64,000 bases of DNA from Camelus ferus (taxonomy: Eukaryota), in contig NC_045696.1 in assembly GCF_009834535.1 (NCBI RefSeq), forward strand, positions 20,338,001-20,402,000, given 5' to 3'. Numbering within the stretch: position 1 is the stretch's first letter; each line of letters begins with the position of its first letter. Positions 1-13,659 of the stretch are shown here, piece by piece. Below the pieces are notes generated by a model, which was not told the origin of the DNA, did no database searches, and saw only the letters and a program-made list of their open reading frames with translations. Both the position numbers and the translations under genes were made by a program.

Positions 1-629
1 ATTGCATGTTAAATACAAGTCCCCATTATTCTAACTGCATTCCTTACATTTTATGCTTAATACCCAGGAAAAAAAAAATATTAGGTATGCATAATTTGAC
101 AAGAGATTTAAGTTAAATCCAGAGATTTGAAATAAATACACATTTAGGAAATGGCATAGCTGATTCAATCCCAAATTTCTCAGCCTCCAAAACCAATGCT
201 GTGTTCATCTGTCTATATTAAGCATATTATTCTGTAATGTCATTCATTTTCTGGTATTTTCTTCTTTTTAGCTCTATCTTTCTCTTTATATAACTCTACC
301 TCTTCTCTGCAGGCATATTACTGGTATTTGAATTTGTATAAGTTAAAAAGCCTCAATATTTGACATAATTATTTGCCCAACTATTTAGCCATAATTAATA
401 TTTTGTAATTATTCATTGTTTCCTGGATCAGTCTGTTCTGCTATTCTCTCCTAATTTCCCCTCACATCACATCTGCCTTCACATATTCCCTAATCCCTTT
501 CACTAATTTTTAATATGGAACTGAATTTATTTTATAAAACAACTGTATTCTTTCTATAATTCATAAAGTAATATTTATTTCAAATCTAATGTAAGGACTT
601 AATTTGTTTTCTTAAGCATCTATGCAGTC

Positions 630-647
630 TGTGTGTGTGTGTGTGTG
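630..647. repeat. (TG)9 microsatellite
   Basis: Direct reading of the tandem dinucleotide. Confidence 0.95.
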
Positions 648-1249
648 AATTACCCTAACAGAATCTAAAATAGATTACAAAAAACAAAGTAAATAAAAGA
701 TATGAAAAGGGCACTGGAGATCTTTTTGCCTCATCTATCTCTACCCATATCCTTCTCCCCTTAAATTATTTTACAACGTTCTTAACAAATGATTCGTGCA
801 GACTCAACTTTCTGTTTATTTTCATTATTATATACTGTTTATTTTCTGGATTGTCTAGAGACCAGCAATTCCACTGTGAACATTCTACATTTTTTAATTG
901 AAATATGCCTCTTGCTAACATTCACAAATTAAATAACTTCATATTATAGCACTGAAAATGGAACAAAATTGTATCAAGAGCCACAATGAAAATATCTTAC
1001 TTCCTGTTAAATTATTATTCTATTAATAGGTCCTTATTTTGCATTATTTCTTTCTATTATGTTTTACAGCATCTAGAATAACAAGTTTTTGAAGTCTTTC
1101 CAGCAGTACTTATCTCAAGGCAGGTCTATTTGTTTTTACATTATAATTTATTATTTGAACATATGTTCAAATGTTATAATAGGATTATTTCTAGGCACAT
1201 TGGAGGAAGAACATGCAGACCCTACCATAAATAGCAATTATAAAAACTA

Positions 1250-1490
1250 GAAAATACTAAAAATACAAAAAAAAAAAATACTGTTGATATCAAGTGTCAG
1301 CCAGACTGTAGAGCAACTGAAACTCTAATGCTTCCTGGTGGTAATCTAAAGTGGTATAATTACTTTTAAAAATAGTTTGGAAATTTTCTAAAAATTAAAA
1401 TGCATTAACCATATGACTCAGCCACTACAGTCCTAGAAAGTTACTTAAGGGAAATGACAACTTACATCTATGAAAATCTCACACACTTTT
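1250..1490 (+). mobile_element. Old L1 (L1M/L1ME-like) ORF2 3' end fragment
   Basis: Diagnostic motifs 'gtagagcaactgaaactct...ctggtggtaatctaaagtggta' and 'accatatgactcagccact'. Confidence 0.75.
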
Positions 1491-1919
1491 GTTCACTGAA
1501 ACGCCATGTCCCAGACACTGAATAAACTCAACTCACAGCCCTAAGGTTGTGCATTTTTTTCAAGTCCACAAAGATGTTTAGATAGTTCAAGTGGACTATA
1601 ACAAAAAATCCAGCTAATTGAGATTTTTATTCTGTTTCATTTTAATGAGAAACATATAACACTTAAAAGAGTTAATAATTCTGTTCTTTGACAGTCATAA
1701 TACTTTTAAAAAATTTGTAATAAATCACATCCAAATGTGACTACTGCTCTTTCATGCGACTTTCATAATTTTTAATTTTTTAAAAGAACCATATTTAGTA
1801 AGTATACTGATAGGTACAGAATGTAGATAAAATTTTCATTAAATATATAACTTAGTATGATTCACGTAACTTAAAAAAATAAAAAGGGTAATATTCTTTT
1901 TTCACAGACAAGAAAGAAT

Positions 1920-2008
1920 ACATATTATATTCTAGAAAAGGCAAAACTATCATGACACAAGATCAGCTCAGTTGCCAATTGCTGAAGGTGATGAGAAAGG
2001 ACTGACAT
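1920..2008 (+). mobile_element. Old L1 3' UTR fragment
   Basis: 'ttctagaaaaggcaaaacta...gatcagctcagttgcc' resembles the L1MB-ME 3' end; interrupted by the LTR at 2009. Confidence 0.6.
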
Positions 2009-2560
2009 TGTAGGAAAGCAAAATTAGCACCTCCAAAATGTGTCTCTTTGGCATAATGATTAATTTAGGCTGATTATTTTTAAGAAATCAAAGATATAGG
2101 GGAAGATCTGAAAACTGAGTAGAAGCTTCCTTTTTATAAGAGACATTTACATTTATAAGAGAACCCTCTCCATTTGTAAGGGTGTCTTCCTCTCTGTACT
2201 AGGAGGAGAAGGATGACTCTAAATATCTAGAAACTCTTAACAATGGAGAAGGCAATGACCTAAATTTCCATAACAATACCCTTGTAGCTTGTGCTTTTCC
2301 TGATAAGCTGTCCTAACTGTCTTCCCCAACCCCTAACTCTTCTTTTTATCTTTAGCTGGAGATGTTATTTAAGGTGGTAGCTTGGGCCATTTGCGGGAGT
2401 TATTCACTTATCCCGAGTCATTCTATATATATATATATAGGAGGTATACATATTATTAAATTTTGTTTGTTTTTCTCCCATTAATCTGTCACTTATTACA
2501 GGGGGTGTCTCAGACAAGAACTTAGAAAGGTAAAAGAATAGTATTTTTTTCTCCCTGAGA
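2009..2560 (+). mobile_element. ERV1 solo LTR (MER34/MER39-group-like)
   Basis: Begins TGTAGG; family motifs 'ccaaaatgtgtctctttggcataa' and 'ttttctcccattaatctgtc...agaacttagaaaggt'; ATTAAA polyA-like signal. Confidence 0.75.
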
Positions 2561-2589
2561 AGATGGAATCATTTAATCTCTGCAAACAG

Positions 2590-2700
2590 TACCTTTAGAC
2601 ACAAGAGGAAACTGAGGCAGAGGGAGGTTTAGTTGACTTGCCAGAGAATTATCTTAAAGAAAGCAGTACAAATGATACTCTACTCCAGGCAGTAGGTCTC
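2590..2700 (-). mobile_element. MIR fragment
   Basis: MIR core 'gaggaaactgaggcagag...gacttgcc'. Confidence 0.65.
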
Positions 2701-3015
2701 TGAAGACAAGGAAATTACAGCACTTCCATAAACTAAATGATGTGATTTAAATGAAAAAGTAAAGCAGAATAAGATATACTCTTTCATGAAATGAATAAAT
2801 ATTTTAGTCAAACATTTTTAAGTTTAGCTGATGATTTGTAGAAAAAGTATAAGGAGAAGGAATTTTGTGCATGCTCCACAGAATCACAATAGGCTTTATA
2901 GGTTCAAACAGCTTTATACCAAATGTCTCAGATTAGAGTAATTGTGTATTTAACGCTAATTATAGTCATGTGACATGGATGGTCACTGCAGGATTTGTTC
3001 TGTCTAGCACCATAA

Positions 3016-3464
3016 TGTCAACTTAAAGAGAAACACACAATGTAAGAGCTGTGAGTCTAAGTTTTATTCAATGTCTTACTGAGGACTATAGCCCAGGAAA
3101 CAGCCTCTCAGTAGCTCTGACAGAACTGCTTTGAGGAGTAGGGGAAAAGTCAGAATATATATCTGATATATATATGATTATGGTTAGGGAGTACCCACAA
3201 TCAAGTATACATCTTTGTAAAAGGTTACCACCAGTCACAAGGAACAGATATCTCAGTTAATGATTTTAGCACTTTTCCATGTATATGGGAAAATGCAAGA
3301 ATCTGGGTTCACTAAAATTCTTCCTGAGATATACATCTAACTATATGATTGGCCTGTTTTTCCAAAACACAGACTCATACTGATTTCCTCTCAGTCAGCA
3401 ACTATAGTTGCTAATGTCTTCATCCTTGTAGAATTAGTTGGTGAGCAACATTGTTTGTTTTACA
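3016..3464 (-). mobile_element. ERV1 solo LTR (MER41-like, laurasiatherian)
   Basis: TG...CA termini; perfect 4-bp TSD ATAA (3012-3015 / 3465-3468); AATAAA on the minus strand near 3063. Confidence 0.85.
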
Positions 3465-3509
3465 ATAATATACATACACACATACATATCAATGTACATA
3501 TATGTCTAT

Positions 3510-3940
3510 TGTTGATGTTAAAATAAAAACACAGAGACCAGCCTTGAAAATTCTCTAAGCAGACAAAATCATATTAGTCATATAAGCAAAGTTTAATTTA
3601 GCTTATTTTGCAAGACTAATTTGACCTAGTGCATTTCTTGCTTATGCCTCTGGAAATCATAAGCAAAACTTAAACTCTTTTTTAAACTGCTATGTGGTAA
3701 CCACTAACCAATTCTTTATTATTTAAGAAAATTCTAATAATACAACCAGTCACTGAAAAGAATAAACTTAGTTATTGCCTTCCCACTATGTTAGTTTCTA
3801 TATAACACTATAACCCTGAGTTTTAATCTGAGTGCTCACAGTGTGCAAATTGTCTTCTTGGTGTGTTCATGATAAACTTTTACTAATTACTACTAAAGTG
3901 ATTCATTGGTTTTACTTCTGTTAATTTTGAACTTTTGACA
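3510..3940 (+). mobile_element. ERV1-type solo LTR, family uncertain
   Basis: TGTT...GACA termini; CCAAT, TATA-like and GATAAA elements in LTR order; TSD only partial (ctat/ctga). Confidence 0.65.
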
Positions 3941-4061
3941 CTGATTTAATATGACATGACCTGCATGTGTCCATAAACACATTGTATCTTTCATATTTAC
4001 AGACTTTGAGGAAATATTTTAAAGCTAAAAAGCTACTGAGATCTCTAAAGATCAATACTAT

Positions 4062-4705
4062 TGTTACTGAGGCTATTGCCCTCAGGATCATACCCCTGCC
4101 CCTCACCTGAATAGAAACCAGTTGCTCTTATCTAAGTTTCAGGAGGAAGCTACAAAGAGAAAATAAATAAATAAGTAAGAATCAAGAACTGCTTAGAACC
4201 AACTAGGCCAAAGATGGTAGAGGATTTGCCTTCCAGTGGTCTGTGACCTTGAGCTTCTTTATTAACTCACTGTAATGCATTAGCATGCTAAATGACACAA
4301 CCACCAGTGCCATGACAGTTGATGATTCCTGTGACAACAACCAGAAAAGCCCATACAAGAGCTGAAAAGGAGAGTTACATCAGCTCTGGGTCTAAACCAC
4401 ACCCCTGTTCTTGGATAACTCACGAATATTCCTCTCAGTCTTTCCAATTCCCTCCTTTTTACTTTCACCTTGCCATATATTTGGTGTCTCCACCCAAATT
4501 GGGTTGAGAAATTGATTTGCAAACTAGGTTCCCCCTTCTCCATTCTTCGGCCATTGAATAAAGCCTGCACTGTTCTAGTCTCAGCATTTGTTTTTGTTAC
4601 TGGCTGTGCAAAGCTGATCAGAAACAGAATCCTCCCTGGTCAGGACAGGGAGTTTCAGCCCAGGCTAGGGTGCTGGCACAGGTCCAGTTGACCAATTCAT
4701 TAACA
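4062..4705 (+). mobile_element. ERV1 solo LTR
   Basis: TGTTA...TAACA inverted termini; TSD ctat/ttat; AATAAA at ~4557; more GC-rich than its flanks. Confidence 0.8.
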
Positions 4706-4718
4706 TTATTTTTACCCT

Positions 4719-4724
<6 letters not shown>

Positions 4725-4748
<24 letters not shown>
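4725..4748. repeat. (AG)12 microsatellite
   Basis: Direct reading. Confidence 0.95.
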
Positions 4749-4749
<1 letters not shown>

Positions 4750-6365
4750 AAAAAAAGAACCAAGAGTATAGGCTACAAAGTAAAAAACTGCTTTTTAGTA
4801 GACATTTTATATTTTAAGGGATGAGGAACAGGAAGTAATTCCAAGTAAAAATTTTTTCCTCCAAAAACTTGTGTCTACTTCATAAACTGAAACTTCCTGA
4901 GGACAGTTGGACACCTGCTAAGATTTAATACTTCATTCTGAGGCACTTTTCCTTTTAGTTGCAAATTTCTGCTGTTCATTTCAAGTATCGTTTTACACTT
5001 TGTGTTTTTACTTTCAAATAAAATTTTTCCTATTCTTTTGATATGCTGATATTCTATGATATCTCACCTTTTATTCAAACTATAGTGAATACCTCCTCCC
5101 AGCCTCCTTTGCCTATCTTTTTTTTTTTTTTAATTCCCCCAAAGGCATTTCCTTGAAATGTAATACACGGCTTTATACTTGGGCTTCATAAACCCATGGA
5201 ATTTAAAATCTTTTGTACCTATGATCTCATTTCTTTGATTCTCTCCCACTTTCAAGCAGTTCCTGCATAGTTGTGAAACATACATTGAGAATAATTTCTT
5301 CTTGTTGAATTCTCTACTTTAGACAATGTAATTGACCTCTCAGAAACCAGGAAATCGTTTTGGTCTATTTTTAGCTCTATTTGTCACCCACCAGCTGTTG
5401 AGGTAGCTAAAATTCCCCTGGAGAACTCTGTTAAACAGCAATACTGAGGTTGCATTTCAAGTTCAAAATTTTACAGCATTGGATCCTGTGCTGTGTGCCT
5501 TCATGGCTCCACTTCTGTGGATCAATACTGCTCTTGTTCTGCTTTAACTTAAACAGAAAGAGTGTCAGCAAACTATGATCAAAATCATATAAAACGGTCT
5601 CTTCTTTTATCAAGTAAAATTATGATCAATATTTCTGGAAAACGGTAGATAAACAGCACAGTGATTTCATAAATAATGCCAATGTTTTTTATATGACCTT
5701 CAGGAAATTCTTCCTCTTAAACACAGAAAATGTATTTGGAAAATTATTGAAAATAGGGAGAAATTAGGTCAACATGTAATATACATGCTTTGCATTTAAA
5801 ATGAAATACTAAAGTAAAAAGAATGAAGTGATTACAGTTTTGAAATACGTAAATTAAAAGACAACTTTCATCTTTAACAATAATTAAATGCCTTTCTGTT
5901 TTCACATAAGTCCAAATGCTGTTGTAAGTAAATATTAGAAAATAGAGCTTTAAGACAAGTGTATTGAAATTACTTTATAGGTGCTAAACTTCATAAAATA
6001 AAAGAATTACAAAGGTAAAAAAACATGTATAGTTTTCAACTGCTCTTCATCCACTGAAATTAATTGACCATAAATCTGTTAGCAGTGGACTCTGAAGTGG
6101 GATGGAACCAAGGCACAAGTACATATTATTTTAATGAACAATGATGTGTGAAACGAATCATAGCCTTGTCAACAAGATAATGGTGAATTATGGCCTATTC
6201 ATGGATGAAAGACTGTGGCAAGTGCATGGAGTAGTTTGTAAAAGATGCCAGTTCAGGCTGATATTTGAAAACGGAAAAACTAAAGGAAGTCCATAGCTGT
6301 CAGGAAATGTCCATGCAGTAAACACACTGAAGTCCTGTTCTGAAGATTTTGGATGAAATGGAACA

Positions 6366-7449
6366 TTTTATTAGTTTTCTCTTGCTTCTGTAACAAATTT
6401 ACCATAAATAGCTTAAGGCAAAGTGTATTTACTGTCTTACAGTTCTGCAGGCCAGAGGTCTGACATAGGTCTCACTGGACTCAAATTAAGAGGTGGTCAG
6501 GGCTGAGTTCCTTTCCGGAGGCTCTAGGGGAGAGTTCATTTTCTCCTTGTTTGGATGGTTGACAAAATTCAGTGTCTTGCGGTTGGAGGTCTGAGATCAC
6601 TGGAGGGGTTCAGAACAGGCTTCTCCAAGATGCGCCACTTTGGTGTGTGAGTTATTTTGAACTAAAGGCAATAGAGAATGTGCAGCTCAAGAGAAACTCC
6701 TGTTCCTCCCTTAATCAACTAGAAAAACTTTAAATTGGGACTTTTTCCCAGAAAAAGAGTTATTCTCAGAGATACATTTTATCTAGGTGGCCCCATATAT
6801 GTGGCAGTGCAGACACCTAATAACCAGACATCTGTTCTTCTCCTTGTCCCATGAATGACCTTCCTGTCCTTGGAAGACCCAGACCACTATCCCATTCCTT
6901 ATCTCTGGATGGCACAGACACTGATTTTACCTTTCTGTCTTGGAACCTCTCATGCATGGGGGAGAAGGGTCTCTGACCCTTTTATGTGGGATTCTTGTAA
7001 GGAAGAAATTAAATTTGGTTTTCTCCTGTCCATCTGTCTCATGTCAATAAAATTCTCAGAGCAGCCAAAAGAACCAAGAAGGGTAGAGAAAAGTTTTCTT
7101 CCTCCCTGACATCAGCTTTTCCTTGCTGGCTGTCAGCTGATGTCTGCTCTCAGTCTCTAGACGCTGCCTTCATTCTTTGACTCATGACTCCTTTCTTCCA
7201 TCTTCAGAGCCAGTAACAATAGGCTGAGTCCTTCCCTGAATCAAATCCCCCTTTCTTCCCTCTCACCTCTCTGACAAAGACAGAACAAGTTCTCTAATAT
7301 TAAAGGCTCCTGTAGTTAGATTGGGACAACTGGGTGCCTCCCATTAATTATACCTACAGAGTCTCCTACTATGTAAGGTAACATATGCATAGGGCCCAGG
7401 GGTAGACTGTGGACATCTATTGGCTGGGGGCCCCTTATTCTGCCCACGA
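6366..7449 (-). mobile_element. MaLR LTR (MLT1D/E-like) split by a nested ERV1 LTR
   Basis: MLT1 motifs 'tattagttttct...tgtaacaaatttacca...ttacagttctgcaggccagaggtc' and 'ttattctgcccac'; sequence continues on both sides of 6601-7111. Confidence 0.8.
6601..7111 (+). mobile_element. ERV1 solo LTR (MER34/MER39-like) nested in MLT1
   Basis: TG...CA termini; TSD tcac/tcag; family motif 'ccaagatgcgccactttgg'; related to the LTR at 35795-36247. Confidence 0.8.
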
Positions 7450-7478
7450 TGACTCTTGACATCGACTACGTTATCCAG

Positions 7479-7887
7479 TGTATTTGTTTACTAGGGCTGA
7501 CAAAACAAAATACCACAGACTAGGTTCCTTAAACAATCAAAATTTATTTTTCTCACAGTTCTTCAGACTACAAGTCCAAAACAGAGGTGTCAGCAAATTT
7601 GGTTTTCTCTGAGGCCTCTCTTCTTGACTTGCAGGTTGCCACCTCCTTGCTGTGTCTTTACATGTTTTTCCCTCTGTGTGCACGTGTCTCTGCTATCCCT
7701 TTGTGAGACCAAGTTTCCTTTTCTTAGAAGGACACTAGTTAAATTGGATTAGGGGTCACCCTAAAGGCCTCATTCTAACTTAATCTCCTCTTTAAAGACC
7801 TTATCTCCAGATACAGTCATACTCTAAAGTACTGAAGATTAGAGATTCAACATACGAATTTTGGGGAGAGTAATTCAGCCCATAACA
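7479..7887 (-). mobile_element. MaLR LTR (MLT1B-like)
   Basis: 'tgtatttgtttactagggctg...aaataccacagact...aattcagcccataaca'. Confidence 0.85.
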
Positions 7888-8499
7888 CACAGTAATTTGG
7901 GGAGTATGAGAGCTGAAGGTTTAAAATGACACTTTCCTCAAAGTGTAACTGAGGAAACCAATAATCATATAAACCACGAAGCTCAAGGTTACCCAGGCCA
8001 TCCACTGTATGTCAAGAACTCCAATCATGTACACCACATTTGCAGTGCAGACTTAATTTTCTCAATATGCCATGTTTCCCCTCCACACAATCATATAATT
8101 TTAATACATATCTTTCCAAAATTCAATTGTAGGGCTTGATTTTGCAAAAATGAGGACATAAAAGAATAATAATGTGTGCCTATATACTGTGCTTTCTGAA
8201 AATGTGGACTCTTTTTTTTTTTTTTTGGTGACCCATGTATTTTCATAGCTTTAAACTTCTGACTGAGTCTTCTGAGTTTTGTGTTGTTCTGTGTTTTCAC
8301 TAGAAGTAGTCTGTTCAGGACTCAAGGAAAATACCACCTCACCCCATTAAATATAAACTAAATTAACTTTAAGGATTTAATATATATATTAGGCTTAATA
8401 TATAATAATAAAATGACTCTAGCTCTGACTTTTAAGAACACATGATGAACTGAGGCATCAGACAAGGAAACTGGAAATACTAATATGCTGTGGTTTTAT

Positions 8500-9050
8500 G
8501 CTATGGTTTAGGGTAGTCCAGGCTTCACACAGGAAGCACACACAGCGAAGGAAACAGTGCAGTTGAGTGGTTCAACTGGGACAGAGATTACTGGAGGAGA
8601 TAACACTGAGTTTGCCAGGCGAAGGGAGAGAGTTGAGTGGAGAGAGAATGGAGGCAGCGATGTGAATTCAGCAAGTGTGAGACTCAGAAGAGAGGTATAG
8701 CATTGCTATTTTAAAGAATTGAATGTTAAGTAAGTTCATTCTGCACATAATCTGGAGTGAGTGCCAGGAGTGGATATGAAAAGTAGGGAGGAAAAGGCAA
8801 TGATTGGAAGATGGTACATTAGTGGCTAGAAATGAAACTATATATATAAGAAAGGTCCTCAGGATGCTCTCAAAATACATTTGGATCTCATCTTGAAAGC
8901 AAATTAGAGTTCTTGTAGAGCTGTTAAGTAGATAAATAGAAGGAACACATTTATATTTTATCAAAACAAGTCCAGTTGATGAATAAAGGGTAAATAGGGG
9001 TAGGATCTGAGAGTATGATAGAAAAAAATAAAAACTGCAGCAATAATAGA
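8500..9050 (-). mobile_element. Degenerate L2 fragment
   Basis: Purine-rich stretch with L2-like phrases; highly diverged. Confidence 0.4.
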
Positions 9051-9079
9051 AATCTTACTATATATGAGTTATTTTGGTG

Positions 9080-9280
9080 GATGCTTACAGGATGCACTTT
9101 CTGTAGACTTAACTTTTTAAGTAGGTATTCTTTTTTAGCTATATTTCAGTACTGAGGAAGCCCAAATACAGAGAATTTAAACAACTTTCCTCAAATAAAA
9201 TATCTGTTCAGTGACAGAGGCATGATTTGAGATCTGGCAATCTGACTCCCGAGCTCATGCTCTTAAATAATACACAATCC
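9080..9280 (-). mobile_element. MIR
   Basis: 'actgaggaagcccaaatacagaga...gatttgagatctggcaatctgactcccgagctcatgctctt'. Confidence 0.7.
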
Positions 9281-10004
9281 ACAACCATGAGGAAGGTAAG
9301 ACAATGAAATAAAGTTCAAAGGATGCAAGACATAGGAAGAATGGAGAAAATCGGTTCATGTATCAATTTTAAAAGCTGAGGAGGGAAAAAAGAATGGCAC
9401 ATAATTCACTAGCTCAGGAAACCCATCTTTACAGAAATCTCTGTGATTCCATGGCAATTCGTGTTCTCTTCAACTGCAAACATTTTCAAATTTACTTTTT
9501 TTGGGGGGGGTTTACTTTCTCCTTTCTATACCTAACTTCAAATTCTTAATGGTTAAGAATTGTTTTACATTTCCTTATATTTCTTAGTACAATTCTTCCC
9601 ATACAGTGGGTGCATAATAATTGTCTTAATGGGAAATGAGTCTGAAGTCTTTGATTCAAAGTCCTAATTTTGACTCAGAAAGAAAATTTAGTAATTCTTA
9701 TAATTAAACTTTGCACAGAACAGAAATTTAGCAGGGTTTCAGGACAATCTTATTCTAGAATGAAAAAAACCAACCAACCAAAAAAAACCCCACACATTCC
9801 AGGAGTTTCCTTTCCTCAGCTCTGCATTCACTGGATATGACCTGCAGTTACATACACTGTGGACTAGGTTTTTCCACATATTATGGAAATGACATTGTGG
9901 GAAAAACAAAAATAAACCTGCCAATCAAAGACCCCTCCAGACGTTAAAATGAAAAGAAATTTCCCAAAGAAAAAATGATTTTTTCCCCTTGAAGAATATA
10001 CATG

Positions 10005-10007
10005 TAT

Positions 10008-10038
<31 letters not shown>

Positions 10039-10053
10039 CACACACATACACAC
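10005..10053. repeat. Compound (TA)n/(CA)n microsatellite
   Basis: Direct reading. Confidence 0.9.
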
Positions 10054-11290
10054 AAACATACTAAAAATGTTTGTTAAAAAGGATTGTTAGATGTAAATCT
10101 ATCACAATAGTAAGAAGGTATACGCATGATTCTGACAAAAACATTTTTATTTTATAAGAAAGGAGATCTTAAGGAAAATCTCTCTAATTAATACTTAGCA
10201 TACAAAGGTCAAGCAGCACATATTCAAAAATAAAAAATTCGATATTTGCCAAATGTAAGTAGACTTTCTTAAGTCTTCTCACCTAACTGACAACTCATTT
10301 AGGTACTTAAGAGTATATTTTGAAGATAATTTATCTTGAAATATCCATCATGACTTACTTCTACTTGAAAGCAGATTTTTACTACTATCTTGCACTTGTA
10401 AGGACATAATGGCCAATTTATAACACCCATGCTTAAATATTTTTAGCTCCAGATAGTCTGTTACAAGTTTTACAGGACTGAACTATGCATCTCAAATTGT
10501 ATATGTCTATGTACTTAACTAAAATCAAAACTCTTTTTTGAGGGGAAAAAGTGATATATGCTGTCTAACTCCATGTACTCCTGAGTCCTATGTCCCTGTA
10601 AAAATGAACTGGCTACCTGTCTAAAGGAGAATTCAAGTCAAAGTCTTAAAATTTCAGAACCACATGTCAATAATACCACCTACATACATCTATAGAACAC
10701 GAGTTACACTTCATTCACCAAGACAGAATACTGACATATGAAGCTCTTGCAAAGAATTTAGCCATAAATTAGGTGTGACTTTGTATTTTCTAAATGCTTG
10801 CTCAGTACATTTAAGATCTTAAAGAACTCAATTTCTTTAAGCCTTCAAAGTTCTAGCCCTTAACTAACCTAGATAATTAAAAAGAAGTATGTATACATTA
10901 TTCATGTTACTCTCCATAAAAACACACTTATCGAGTGATGGTTAATGTCACATTTTGAGCTTTTATAGAGACATATGAAACTAGAATATTTGCCAAATTT
11001 TGTTGTATATGACCCAAATTAGCTTTTAAGAATGTCAGACTGATAAAATTCTTCTAGAAACTATTTGTAGTTGAAAAGGCCTACCTTTTCTAATGTAATT
11101 GACTATGTTAATCAGACAGGTCAAACTCTGAAACAGGGCATGCCTATTTTCCTCCCTTTTTATCAGAATTTTCAAAACGAATTACCTTATACTGTACAAT
11201 TTTCAAATAGTTTTTTCTAGTTAGTTTTTTTTCCAAATATATATTGCTAGTTAGCTCTTTTTTCTCTCCCAAAAAATACATGTTTGAACC

Positions 11291-11879
11291 TCTGATGGTT
11301 AATTTTATGTGCTAATGTGGCTGGACTAAGGGAGGCCCAAATAGCTGGTAAAATACGTCAGGGTGTGTCTCTGACGGTGTTTCTGGGAGAGATTAGCCTC
11401 TGATTCAGTAAGCCGAGTAAAGAGATTCACCCAATGTAGGCAGCATGAGCCAAGCCACAAAGGGTCAGAATAGAACAAACACCGGTGAAAAGAATTTTTT
11501 CTTTCTTCTTGAGCTGAGACATCTGTCTTTTCCTGTCCTCAGATATTGGCTCCCCTGGTTCTTAGGCCTTCAGATTCCCAGGACTCAAGCCTGTGGTCCC
11601 TCAGTTTTCAGGCCTCAGGCTGTGGACTGAATTGTACCTTAGCTTTTCTAGTTCAGCTTGCAGACAGCAGATATGGAACTTAGCCTCCATAACTGCATGA
11701 ACAAATTCCTATAATAAATATATTTATATTTATATATACAAACAAATAACCATATATAACCTATAATAAATATATAAACATGATATTATATATCCTATAA
11801 TATAGATATTTATTAGTAATATAATATATATATATTACTATCTCCTATTGGTTCTGTTTCTCTGGAGAACCCTAATATA
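11291..11879 (+). mobile_element. ERV-L solo LTR (MLT2B/C-like)
   Basis: 'tgatggttaattttatgtg', internal TA-rich tract, terminal 'cctattggttctgtttctctggagaaccctaata'; TSD gaacc/gaaca. Confidence 0.9.
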
Positions 11880-11929
11880 GAACATTTCCTAATTATTATT
11901 ACTGTTATTGTTTGTGTCAAGTAGAGTGC

Positions 11930-12110
11930 ACTTCACAGTCAGGCTCTACACATTCATTACCTCATTGAATTCAGAGAACAAAACTGTGAAATTGGTATCA
12001 CCTACTTTATAAATCACAGAGGGGTTAAGTCACTTGCCAGGTATCCCTGTTAAGTTTCAGATCCTGACTTGAGGTCAAATCATGCCAATTTCAGAAGTTA
12101 TTTGGCTACT
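11930..12110 (-). mobile_element. MIR
   Basis: 'acattcattacctcattgaattc...cacagaggggttaagtcacttgcc'. Confidence 0.7.
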
Positions 12111-12994
12111 GTACCTCTAAGGTGTTGGAAGTGAAGAATGAGGTTAAATGCTATGACTAAAGAGTAAAAAGGACATAACAGTACCTTGCCAATCACTCCA
12201 TTCTCCCAGCTGAGGTCACAAGATACAATAACAAATACCACTTTACATTACACCAGTTACACCAACGTAGACCTCAGTGCAACGAGATTTAGGTTTAAGC
12301 ATTAAGTGGGGTCTCCCAGCGTGAATCTACATCATAGAGTCTGAATTCAGAGAGTATTGAGAGAGAGAGAGTCATATGGGTTTGAGTTTTTTTGTTTTTG
12401 TTTTTTAGTTTTTTAATATACAGTTAATTCCATGCATTGCAATCAATCATAGTAAAAACTTCCCTTTCCTTGGAGGATAATAGGGGGAAAGAAAGAGAAG
12501 GCTAGAATAATCTGTTACTAAAAATATTAGAGAAGGTTCTCCTTCCTCATATTAAACAAATCTATATTGATTCTTAATTAGTCACCTAATGATTATGGGA
12601 TCTTTTGACAAGTTACTTCATTTTATTAATTATTTCATTAATTACACATGAATTTATGATGATAATAAAGATTTTACTTTAGGATTAATAGGCCTATGTA
12701 GCTGCAGCATTGGTTAGTAAATGTTAATTATCTTTGCTTCATTGTTTTGGTCATCAAGGAATCTTCAATCAAAGGATAAATTATCCAACAGAGTCTAACA
12801 ATGTCTCTAATTTTCCCATTTCCGAAGAGAAAAATGCAGTTGAATTCAGCATTTAAAGAAGTCAATGCAAAGACAAAATATTATAACGTTAAACTATTAT
12901 TCAGCTAGGCTTTTATGTAAACAGCTTTTGTGTCAAATGTATTTACTCACAAAAGCATAGATCACCATTTCCAAATATCCCATTACTCCCAGTC

Positions 12995-13125
12995 AGGACC
13001 AGTGTCACTGGCTTACACATAGAAGGGCCCTATTCTTGGTTTAATACTCTGCTACCAAAGTCTTGAAATTCCTATTCTGAATAAGAAGCCTGAACTTACA
13101 TTTTGCTCTGGGCCACACTGGTCTA
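12995..13125 (+). mobile_element. MER53-like hAT DNA transposon
   Basis: 'agaagggccct...cttggtttaatactctgct...gtcttgaaattc...cattttgctctgggcc' matches the recalled MER53 consensus. Confidence 0.75.
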
Positions 13126-13659
13126 GCTTCCACCTGTTGACGTATAGATAGATAGTTGGCACTCTCCTCCTTAACTCTTTCATTAATTAAAATTAAATAC
13201 ATCAAAACCCAATTAATTTTATGTATTACACATAGATATTGAGAAATCCAGAAAATCATAACCTTGTAAATGTACATTAACATTACATACATTTGATGGA
13301 TTTTTTAAACTGCTCTTGGTCCCCAAGCCAAGGCATCATCTCCAAAAATTCAGGCTTGCAGAATGTATTTGGTTCCTGAGTCAAAATTTTACCCTAACAG
13401 TGCCAGGACTCACATTCTAGGTATCTCCTCTGTGTCTTACACTTTCTCAAACACCTCAAAGTTAGCTGCTATGAAACAGTCTATATGTAAAGAAAGGGAA
13501 AGTGAGCAATATTCTTCACTGTATTTCTGTATTGTTATCATTTTCCTTCTATCAGAAACCTTCCCAGTTCTTTTATGGAGTTTTCTCAAAAATTTTTCAC
13601 TCTCCTCCTAGTGATCACCTAATGAAGAATCTACAATTGGTTGGGCTAGGAACATCAAT

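Noticed and set aside
6080..6365. Coding-looking stretch, possible processed pseudogene
   Set aside because: All plus-strand frames have stops and I could not match any peptide to a known protein; blastx would be needed.
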